Part shown: piece by piece, positions 11,171 to 20,200 of the stretch | Numbering within the stretch: the first letter of the stretch is position 1 | Layout: the number at the start of each line of letters is the position of its first letter | DNA from: Promethearchaeota archaeon | Lineage (GTDB): Archaea > Asgardarchaeota > Lokiarchaeia > Sigyniarchaeales > SOKP01 | DNA length: 64,000 nt | Direction: 5' to 3' | Assembly: GCA_019058365.1 (NCBI GenBank) | Contig: JAHPZE010000010.1 | Coordinates: 32,001 to 96,000 of the forward strand | Notes under the pieces: generated by a model | The model's database searches: none | What the model saw: the letters and a program-made list of their open reading frames with translations, nothing else | What the model was told of the DNA's origin: nothing | Made by a program: the position numbers and the translations under genes

Positions 11171-12343
11171 TTATAACCAATTAATATTGTGTTTTTTTAA
11201 ATCATTATAAAGGAAGTATGAGAATATTTCAATATTTCCGTGTTCTAAATAAACAATTTTTACATTGAACTCCTTAACAAATTCTATAAGATCTCTAAAA
11301 TCACAGTGATCGCTTAATGGGAGATAATTATTTACGGGAAATTCTTTACGAAAAGAAGAATTAAATACATTTCCTGAACACATGACAACATTTACTTTTT
11401 CAGCAATTAAGCCTTTATATGGGGATTGGAACATTAAATGAGGGGGAATAAGGAGTATATAATCTCTATTTGTTAAAAAATGCTTAATATTATATTTTCC
11501 ATAAGGTTCCCATTCAGGAAAAGAAATACCATTCTCCTGTAATATTTTAGTGTTTCTTGCTATTGATTTCTCGAGAATTATTCTGTTAGTATCTTCGAGC
11601 ATATTTAAAAGAAGTTGACTCTTTCCAAATGAATACCCTAATAATATTGAAGGATTGTTCTTTTCGAGTTGTACTTCTATATTTTTTTGTAGTTCTTCTA
11701 ACAATTGATCAAAACAAGGAAATTGATATTGTGGAGATCCAAATGTGCATTCTGTAATTAAAATATCGCATGGAATAGGTTTTAATCCATGTATTATTCC
11801 CCGCTTATAGGGTAAAACCCGATCTTGAATGATATAGTCGCTAGTATAAAGGATCTTCTGAGAACCCTCAATTAATAAACTAAGAGATCCGTATGTATGT
11901 CCATTTTCTAGAATTGTCAATTCTATTCCATTATATTCTACTTTTTGGGGTAAGATTCTTTCCTTCCCTAGTAACCATAAGCATTCAGGAATAGTTAATT
12001 TATTATAAGTCCTTTGTTCCCCTATCTCTTTTGTTATTTTCGAGATGATAAATTTAGGTAGCAATTTTTCATTGAATCCTGATTTAAAGGTATTCGCAGG
12101 AATGTTTGGCAAGTGATCCATATGTGCATGGGATACGAAAATAATGTCAGCGCAAGGATTCCAACAATCAATTGCAATCAAGACGCCATCAATTTTAATA
12201 AATTTTCCATACTGTGGATCTCGTCCAATCTCTACTTTTAGTTCTTTCTCTCTCTTCAAAATACGAACTTTTTGATTCAGCTCTTTTAGAAAGATCTTAA
12301 AATCCGCCACTGGCCCTTGCATTGTCCACTTCAATTGAGACAT
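11171..12343 (-). CDS. MBL-fold / beta-CASP nuclease
   Basis: SHAHMDH (HxHxDH), GHTYGS, YTSD, ITECTFG, GKSQ and LSDHCD motifs; AGGAGG SD; 27 bp downstream of cas4. Confidence 0.9.
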   Translation of the reverse strand: MSQLKWTMQGPVADFKIFLKELNQKVRILKREKELKVEIGRDPQYGKFIKIDGVLIAIDCWNPCADIIFVSHAHMDHLPNIPANTFKSGFNEKLLPKFIISKITKEIGEQRTYNKLTIPECLWLLGKERILPQKVEYNGIELTILENGHTYGSLSLLIEGSQKILYTSDYIIQDRVLPYKRGIIHGLKPIPCDILITECTFGSPQYQFPCFDQLLEELQKNIEVQLEKNNPSILLGYSFGKSQLLLNMLEDTNRIILEKSIARNTKILQENGISFPEWEPYGKYNIKHFLTNRDYILLIPPHLMFQSPYKGLIAEKVNVVMCSGNVFNSSFRKEFPVNNYLPLSDHCDFRDLIEFVKEFNVKIVYLEHGNIEIFSYFLYNDLKKHNINWL

Positions 12344-12370
12344 TCGATAATTCCTCCTGTTAATATATAC

Positions 12371-13063
12371 TCATCCTCGAAAACAGTATTTTCGATATTC
12401 ACAATCTTTGCATTTTCCGATATCCTCCGTGGGCTCTGGAATAGATTCTGTAGTTAATAACTTCTGGATTTTTCTTATTATTTTGATTACTTTTAATTTA
12501 TCTTCGATTTCTAAGGGATAATCAATTACTTTTTGATGTTTTACATAATATATTCGCCCTTTTTTCACTAAAAATTTAAAATTTTTCTCAATTAAGATTG
12601 CTTGGGCGATAATCTGATATTTATGGGGGGTGACTAAACCTTCAGAAGGCGGGTTTCCAGATTTTATTTCTACGGGGAACGCTTCTTGACCGTCAAATTC
12701 AAAATAATCAATCAAACCTACTAATCCTAATTTTGCATCTGTGAGATAAAGGTTATAATATTTCTGAATCGATGTATCATCTGTTTCATTTTTCAGTTTC
12801 TGTAGCTTTTCGTGCTTTTCTTCCCCAAGTTCCATTTTATAAGTTTTTTGCATAGGTCCGCGTATAATGTAACGAAAAAAAAGGATTCTGGGGCAATAAA
12901 CAAATTGCCTAATATCTTCCGTCCCAATTATTGGTTGATCGTAGAGATGGATCTGAGGATATTGAAGTCGAAGCTCGAGTAGCTCAGACGGATCTAATCT
13001 ATATTTCTTTATTTCATTTTTTTCTACATTTTCTATAGTTTCCATATTTTCCTTATCTTTCAA
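12371..13063 (-). CDS. cas4: CRISPR-associated Cas4
   Basis: YCPR, GLID..VEIK PD-(D/E)xK core, and C-terminal CKDCEYRKYC Fe-S cysteines. Confidence 0.95.
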   Translation of the reverse strand: MKDKENMETIENVEKNEIKKYRLDPSELLELRLQYPQIHLYDQPIIGTEDIRQFVYCPRILFFRYIIRGPMQKTYKMELGEEKHEKLQKLKNETDDTSIQKYYNLYLTDAKLGLVGLIDYFEFDGQEAFPVEIKSGNPPSEGLVTPHKYQIIAQAILIEKNFKFLVKKGRIYYVKHQKVIDYPLEIEDKLKVIKIIRKIQKLLTTESIPEPTEDIGKCKDCEYRKYCFRG

Positions 13064-13100
13064 CTTAATTTTATTTAATTTAAGTAATTACACAAAAATA

Positions 13101-13394
13101 TTACATAGAAAGTAAATCTTCGATTATCTTGTACCCATCTCCAAATTTAGATTTGACCGTAATAACATTTTCATGGCAAGTTTTACAAATCGGGATTAAT
13201 CGTACATCACCAGGCACTTTCTTCAATAATTTATCCAACTTTAAGGCGATCTCTTCCGCAGTATTTCGGGTTAATTCTCCAAAAAAGACCGAAAAATTTA
13301 AGCGAATGAGATTATAAGATAGCAACATGTTAGAGATTTTAGTACGAAATAAGTCGAATTCTATAGGAATATCGTAAATAATTATATATTTCAT
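13101..13394 (-). CDS. cas2: CRISPR-associated Cas2
   Basis: YIIIYDI, SVF and DVRLIPICKTC motifs; 97 aa. Confidence 0.95.
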   Translation of the reverse strand: MKYIIIYDIPIEFDLFRTKISNMLLSYNLIRLNFSVFFGELTRNTAEEIALKLDKLLKKVPGDVRLIPICKTCHENVITVKSKFGDGYKIIEDLLSM

Positions 13395-13440
13395 AATCCT
13401 CTTACTTCTTTAATTATTAAATTAGAGTTCAATTTTCGCA

Positions 13441-14532
13441 TCACCAATTCATAATGAAAGGACTGTATTCATTGGAAGACCCAATTAAAAAATTTGCCAA
13501 AATTCTCGCTTGATGTACCATTTCCTTTTTATAATTTAGCCGTAGATGCCCTTTTGTAGTGTTAGAAGCAGCTTGCCTATCTGTAGTTGTTTCAAACAAT
13601 TCCTCAGATGTATCTCCTCCCATAATTTCTTTTCTTAGCTCTTTATAAAATAGAGCCCTAGGTTTATCTTTTAATCTATACCCATGAAGTGTATTTTCAA
13701 AATCATCAATTTTTAACCCGCTTTGCCGAATAAAACGAGCGACAAACCTATCAACTATAGGTTGCCGAAATTCTTCAAGCAGATCTAATGCCAAGGAAGG
13801 TTTGCCAGATCGATCGCTGTGTAGAAAGCCTCCATATAACTCCAGACCTGCTGCAGCAATCCCGACCGTAATATGACCTTGCAATACAGTATATCCTAAA
13901 GATAATAAAGAATTCACGGGATCTCTGGGAGGACGCCGAGTTCGTTCGAATATCTTAAATTCCTTCGGAAATACCATCCCATAATTTTGAAAATATAGTG
14001 CGGCTGCTTTCCCTTCAATTCCCATTAATTCCATTCGGACATCTTTGATTCGGCTACCTTTTGTCGAAGTTTTTTGGAATTTTAAAAGGGTTTCAACCAT
14101 TGCACCGATTTTTCTTGCAGCTGCTCGAAGTGTCATATATTTACCAGGTTTTGATTTCTTTCGATTCTTTGCAAAGTATAATAACAATCTACGCTTATTC
14201 TCAATAGTAGCATATACAAACCGAATTGCTAAATGTAAACCCCTCCAATCATTATATGCTGAAAGTTGCTGTCTTCTCGTAAATACAGTTCCTACATTCA
14301 CAAATGGAGTAAATATTCCAAAAGGTTTTCCCAATGATGTATATACTATATTTACAGCATTTGTGGCTAATGCTTGCAAAGCTTGAGATGTAATTTGAAT
14401 TCCAGTTCCCATAATTACACTCTCGATCTCACGAGATGGAACTTCTACTGAATTTGTATTCGGAGCATCTATCTTTATTAAATCTTGTTTTTTACTAATT
14501 CTTGTTCCTGGAGTTTCTAGAATTATATCCAC
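13441..14532 (-). CDS. cas1: CRISPR-associated Cas1 (probable GTG start at 14532)
   Basis: LMGIEG, RRPPRDPVNSLLSLGY, GFLH and LALDLLEEFR motifs. A GAGGT SD precedes the GTG, so the ORF-track start at 14658 is probably too long. Confidence 0.96.
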   Translation of the reverse strand: MDIILETPGTRISKKQDLIKIDAPNTNSVEVPSREIESVIMGTGIQITSQALQALATNAVNIVYTSLGKPFGIFTPFVNVGTVFTRRQQLSAYNDWRGLHLAIRFVYATIENKRRLLLYFAKNRKKSKPGKYMTLRAAARKIGAMVETLLKFQKTSTKGSRIKDVRMELMGIEGKAAALYFQNYGMVFPKEFKIFERTRRPPRDPVNSLLSLGYTVLQGHITVGIAAAGLELYGGFLHSDRSGKPSLALDLLEEFRQPIVDRFVARFIRQSGLKIDDFENTLHGYRLKDKPRALFYKELRKEIMGGDTSEELFETTTDRQAASNTTKGHLRLNYKKEMVHQARILANFLIGSSNEYSPFIMNW

Positions 14533-14561
14533 TATAATCCGACCTCTTCTTTTAATTATAC

Positions 14562-15860
14562 TTAATAAAATTTTCTTCCAATTATTTCTTTCATATTTAT
14601 TAATATTGGCTTTTCGTGAAAATTCGAACTTACAAGCATAAATTGTCCCATAATCCATAATATCTTTTTTAGCTCTAATTCATGGGTCACTTTCTTTAAT
14701 ATTTGAAAATAATCCTGAAAGAATTTCCTTGAAGAGCATAAATCAGTAGTTAACTCTTTAGCAACTCTAAAAAAGGATATATCTACTTGAGAATTGGATT
14801 GATGTTTTCGTAGGAATTGACTTTCCAAATAATCTCTTAAAGTAAAATCGATTGGAGGATACATATAAATCAATTCAAAATAATCTAAAATTTCTAATTC
14901 GCACTTGTAGACAACATCTTTTAAAATCAATTTTAAGCATTCAATTGGTCTTGAAAGATAATTTTTAAAAAAACATTTTAATTCAAAGTTGGGATAATAG
15001 CTTAAAAACGAGAATAAAAACCAAGTAATACAAATCTCACATTGAATTTGATCGGTAAGCTGAGAATAATCATCAATAATTGTTATTTTTGAGATATGAT
15101 GAATAATATTATAAGAATCAGTAGAGTTATAGAGTTTGGCATAAAATTCGGGTAAGACTTTTTCAAGAACAGCCAGATTCATAATATGATTCGAAAATCC
15201 TAAGATTATTCCTATTAACCCTCCCATCCAAATCATTCTATATTTCATCGTATCTCTTCTACCAATAATTATCATCAAATGATGAGCATCCACTAAAATC
15301 AATCCTATCGCATGATTTCTTAGACAAGGATTTAAATTTTCACTATTAGATGGATAACCACATCTAGAATCAAAAAAATTATTACAAATTGATGACCTAA
15401 ATTGAGTTTGAGCATTTTTAGTAGTCTTAATCTTAGAAGATTGATGTAAATTATCAAGACATTTCCAATAATCATAATAAATGTGAGTAAAACATTTTGG
15501 ACATATCGAAATTGGAATAGATTCCAAAATTCCAGAAGTACTTGGCATCTCTAGACCGCATAAAGCACAAAATCGTTCTTTAGAAAGACACATATTCAAC
15601 TCATCAAAAAAGAACGCTAATTGACTTTTATATCCTTGAGTTATTACATCAGTATGGGGAAACCATCTCCCTATCATCGGTCTATAGGCGATCCGTTTAA
15701 TAATGCTTGAAGGATATAAATTTAATAATGATTCGTTCGCAAAATCACTTAAAACTTCTTGAATTTCCCCATTAAAAATGCCCTCCGCAACTATATCTCG
15801 ATATTTACTTATTTCAAGCAATTTTTCATTTTCCACCTTCTCTTTCTGTCTAAACGACAA
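14562..15860 (-). CDS. Cys-rich protein, DUF2797-like (Zn-binding, degenerate GIY-YIG-like core), first gene of the adaptation operon
   Basis: Pattern CALCG..CPKCF..KC..C..RC..C-x3-H followed by hydrophobic strand, IG, R, GG, E. It ends 29 bp before the cas1 start. The family call is from recalled consensus only. Confidence 0.55.
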   Translation of the reverse strand: MSFRQKEKVENEKLLEISKYRDIVAEGIFNGEIQEVLSDFANESLLNLYPSSIIKRIAYRPMIGRWFPHTDVITQGYKSQLAFFFDELNMCLSKERFCALCGLEMPSTSGILESIPISICPKCFTHIYYDYWKCLDNLHQSSKIKTTKNAQTQFRSSICNNFFDSRCGYPSNSENLNPCLRNHAIGLILVDAHHLMIIIGRRDTMKYRMIWMGGLIGIILGFSNHIMNLAVLEKVLPEFYAKLYNSTDSYNIIHHISKITIIDDYSQLTDQIQCEICITWFLFSFLSYYPNFELKCFFKNYLSRPIECLKLILKDVVYKCELEILDYFELIYMYPPIDFTLRDYLESQFLRKHQSNSQVDISFFRVAKELTTDLCSSRKFFQDYFQILKKVTHELELKKILWIMGQFMLVSSNFHEKPILINMKEIIGRKFY

Positions 15861-16062
15861 AATCTGAATTTATAATTTGAGTAACAATTGGAACAATTTA
15901 ATGCCTTATCCAATTATAACCATAAATACTTTCACTTATAAAGACTTCTTACTTAACATTTTTCATGGTTTAACTCTCTCTAAAAATCATCAAAAAATTT
16001 ACTCACATCAAAAACAAAACGATCTCCTAAATTCTGGATTTTTTAAACATCAATAATATAAT

Positions 16063-16099
16063 AATATAAAATAAATAGCTTCAAAAAGAGGAATAAAAT
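16063..16099 (+). CRISPR. Orphan degenerate CRISPR repeat
   Basis: 28/37 ungapped identity to the array repeat, including TAAATAGCTTCA.AAAGA.GA.T.AAAT. Confidence 0.65.
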
Positions 16100-16278
16100 C
16101 CAGCTCCCATGCTATGATCCTTTTTGTATGGAAAATTTAATTAAGAAATTTTTTATGATAGCCTGAATTTCAATAATTTTAGAAACCATATGTCATTATT
16201 TTCAACCAAGAACATTAATATATGATCTCTTAGAGTTAATATCCTGTTTCTAAATTTCCCCTTCCTTCAAATTCCATT

Positions 16279-16485
16279 TTACTCGACCAATTCATCATTA
16301 AGTTTAACAAACTTTTTTACTATAAACTCAGAATTACCATCCACTACATAAAAAAAATGATAATATAAGTCTTTCTCACCCATATTATTCACATTCATTA
16401 ATTTCACGCAGTTATTACAATACCATCTTCCATCTTCAATACATATAAATGCTGCCTCATCTCCGCATTCTTTACACACCTTCAT
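16279..16485 (-). CDS. Small B-box-like zinc-finger protein
   Basis: CKEC-x7-CIED-x4-CNNC; GGTGA SD upstream of the ATG. Confidence 0.7.
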   Translation of the reverse strand: MKVCKECGDEAAFICIEDGRWYCNNCVKLMNVNNMGEKDLYYHFFYVVDGNSEFIVKKFVKLNDELVE

Positions 16486-17099
16486 GAACACTAATCACCC
16501 ATCCCATTATCCAATCTTAATCATAAATATTTTCACTTTTAAAACCTTCCCACTTAACATTTTTCATGTTTTAACTCGCTCCAAAAATTATTGAAAAATT
16601 TACTCGAATCAAAAATACAATAATCTCTCAAATTCTAGACTTTTAAGATATAAAATTTTAGACACAAAAAGATATTTAAACTTTAAAAAGGAGTTCGAGT
16701 ATGATTTTCATTTTTTTACCTAAAAACTTGAAAGAAAAAAAATGTGCTATTTAAAGGAAAATTTCACGCCTTTATTCAAAAAGAACTAAAGTTGATCATG
16801 CCATCTTATTTTTTATAGGAGAATTCGATATTCAGGATATTCTAATAAAAATTCATGAAATCTCAGATATAAATTATCGAAAATATATCTTAGATTCGAG
16901 ATATAGAATTTATCAATGTGTGTGCAATTCTCCAAGAACTCATTTTTGTCGAGCCTTTATTTAAATCTTTTTCAATCTTATAGTTCCCTCGAAACAATTT
17001 CTAAAAATTATTCTCTAATGATATCTCTTCATATAATATCCTCGCGTACATCTCTGCCCAAATATGCGAAAACTTGACTTTTGTAAAGGAAATAGTATG

Positions 17100-17205
17100 C
17101 CTGCATTTTGTTACTAAGATCCAAAAATGAAAAAAGCCAATTTAATATTAAGTTAGAAAGAATTAAATAAATGATTATTCACTCTTATATTATATATATA
17201 TAAGA
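17100..17205 (+). promoter_or_regulatory. Putative CRISPR leader
   Basis: AT-rich sequence abutting the first repeat. The repeat's 3' end ATTGAAAT and the clustering of variant repeats at the distal end indicate + orientation. Confidence 0.55.
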
Positions 17206-20200
17206 GTTGAAAAGTAAATAGCTTCAGAAAGAAGATTGAAATAATAAAATAATCTAATGCTTTTTGATCTTCTTTAGTGTTGAAAAGTAAATAGCTTCAG
17301 AAAGAAGATTGAAATTAAGTCCTTTTTTGAACTTCTCCTTATTTTCAAACCCAGTTGAAAAGTAAATAGCTTCAGAAAGAAGATTGAAATCTAATCCTGG
17401 AGCCGAGGGAATTGATAATCCACCAACTGTTGAAAAGTAAATAGCTTCAGAAAGAAGATTGAAATGGTGTGGATAGATACTGATACTACAGAAATTATTT
17501 ATCAACGTTGAAAAGTAAATAGCTTCAGAAAGAAGATTGAAATTGGCTACATCTAAAGTCTGCTCTCCATACACCCGTGAGAGGTTGAAAAGTAAATAGC
17601 TTCAGAAAGAAGATTGAAATCTAATTCTATAAGAACAATAAACCCGCCCAGAAGTATACTGTTGAAAAGTAAATAGCTTCAGAAAGAAGATTGAAATTTA
17701 TCAGATTCATTCCCGCCGAATTTTTATTTGCCCCGTTGAAAAGTAAATAGCTTCAGAAAGAAGATTGAAATATAAAAACTGACAAAAAACAAATCTTTAA
17801 ATATGTGTGTTGTTGAAAAGTAAATAGCTTCAGAAAGAAGATTGAAATGAGATTTTACGTCGATTTGCAAAAACCGTGAAAAGAAGTGTTGAAAAGTAAA
17901 TAGCTTCAGAAAGAAGATTGAAATATATCAAATCGGAGTATTTCGATTCCTTTTGCCCTTATTAGTTGAAAAGTAAATAGCTTCAGAAAGAAGATTGAAA
18001 TTATGATTTATTATCTGCCGAACTATCACTTGATTGGAATGTTGAAAAGTAAATAGCTTCAGAAAGAAGATTGAAATTTAGTAAGATTTCATTTCTTACC
18101 TTTCTCTGAATTTGATGTTGAAAAGTAAATAGCTTCAGAAAGAAGATTGAAATTATCCACCCACACTTAGAACATATATACTCTTTTTTTGGGAAATGTT
18201 GAAAAGTAAATAGCTTCAGAAAGAAGATTGAAATTATGAAATATCTATAAAAACAGTATTAAGATCACTTTCATAGAGTTGAAAAGTAAATAGCTTCAGA
18301 AAGAAGATTGAAATATATTTTATTTAGAGTTCAGTTTGGTAGTAGTAATATGTTGAAAAGTAAATAGCTTCAGAAAGAAGATTGAAATTTTTTAAATGTA
18401 ATATGAAATCCTTTTCCTCCTGTAATGTTGAAAAGTAAATAGCTTCAGAAAGAAGATTGAAATTAGAAGGAGCATTATCTCCGCTTACAAACACAATAGA
18501 TGTTGAAAAGTAAATAGCTTCAGAAAGAAGATTGAAATATAAACTTTATGAATATGATAACTCATTAATAGTACAGTTGAAAAGTAAATAGCTTCAGAAA
18601 GAAGATTGAAATTAGAAGAACTCCATCCACCACCAGCACCGAAGGAGAGGTTGAAAAGTAAATAGCTTCAGAAAGAAGATTGAAATATAAATCATAAAAA
18701 TATGCTCCCCATTTTCCATATCTTAGTTGAAAAGTAAATAGCTTCAGAAAGAAGATTGAAATTCAGATCATATGACCTACGAGCAGACCGTAGATCGAAC
18801 TGTTGAAAAGTAAATAGCTTCAGAAAGAAGATTGAAATGGGATTTTGGTAATATCAATAAAGAATGGGCTCGATTAACGTTGAAAAGTAAATAGCTTCAG
18901 AAAGAAGATTGAAATTTTCCTTGATAGTATCTAGATTTATTAATTCTATATCAGTTGAAAAGTAAATAGCTTCAGAAAGAAGATTGAAATGTAATACCTT
19001 TCCTAATACGTTCGAGCATTCGTATAGGGTTGAAAAGTAAATAGCTTCAGAAAGAAGATTGAAATACACTTAAAATTATAAATTCATCTTCAGTAATATT
19101 AAATGTTGAAAAGTAAATAGCTTCAGAAAGAAGATTGAAATCTATTATGTGTTCGGCTAACATCTACATAATACCCAGTTGAAAAGTAAATAGCTTCAGA
19201 AAGAAGATTGAAATAATAAAAGGATATATCCTCCCCCAATATGTTGAAAATGTTGAAAAGTAAATAGCTTCAGAAAGAAGATTGAAATAAATTTAATTAC
19301 GATTTATTAACATTAGAGATTAATTCTACGTTGAAAAGTAAATAGCTTCAGAAAGAAGATTGAAATTATTCATAATTATTTATATAAATTCGATAAGTAT
19401 CAGCATTGTTGAAAAGTAAATAGCTTCAGAAAGAAGATTGAAATTTTGCGTAAAAAACCATTTCTGAAGTGGTATTATCTTTAGTTGAAAAGTAAATAGC
19501 TTCAGAAAGAAGATTGAAATTAACCCTCATATACTGAAGGATAAACAAATAAATCACGTTGAAAAGTAAATAGCTTCAGAAAGAAGATTGAAATCAAGGA
19601 ACCGGTAAAACTTGGACAGCAAATGCTTGGGCGTTGAAAAGTAAATAGCTTCAGAAAGAAGATTGAAATCTTCTACTGTTTTATTTTCCCATTTAGATTT
19701 TAATGTTGTTGAAAAGTAAATAGCTTCAGAAAGAAGATTGAAATATACTTTCTATCAGCGTTCTCCATTTTCACATGTAAGAGTTGAAAAGTAAATAGCT
19801 TCAGAAAGAAGATTGAAATTATATAATCACATTTAGAACATCTATATTTCTTTTTAGGGTTGAAAAGTAAATAGCTTCAGAAAGAAGATTGAAATTAACT
19901 TCTTCAATAGCTTCATTAATTTCATCGTTTTGTCTAAGGTTGAAAAGTAAATAGCTTCAGAAAGAAGATTGAAATCATTGTTCCCCACTCATATAAATAT
20001 CATCAATAAAAGTTGAAAAGTAAATAGCTTCAGAAAGAAGATTGAAATGGAATAAGATTCTTTTCTTTTGTAGCACAGGTACTAAAAGTTGAAAAGTAAA
20101 TAGCTTCAGAAAGAAGATTGAAATGATAAAAATGCAGTTGTAGCACTAACAATAAGTTTTTAAGTTGAAAAGTAAATAGCTTCAGAAAGAAGATTGAAAT

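Larger units (their letters stand above)
15909..16700. repeat. Imperfect ~190-bp direct repeat (15909-16099 and 16510-16700), each copy ending in a degenerate CRISPR repeat
   Basis: Shared blocks CATAAATA..TTCACTT.TAAA, ACTTAACATTTTTCATG.TTTAACTC, AAAAATTTACTC..ATCAAAAA and AAATTCT.GA. Confidence 0.8.

Noticed and set aside
11171-12343. Type VII (Cas14) interpretation of the beta-CASP gene
   Set aside because: It is too short, has no C-terminal extension, and sits with cas4 in a locus that has complete cas8/cas3.
16100-16125. Match of the orphan-repeat 'spacer' to 38120-38128 (ATGGGAGCT)
   Set aside because: Only 9 nt, seed positions 1-2 mismatch, and it lies inside a CDS; expected by chance.
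16800-17105. Coding-like minus-strand frame left of the array
   Set aside because: Multiple stops and no recognisable motif; a gene call cannot be supported.
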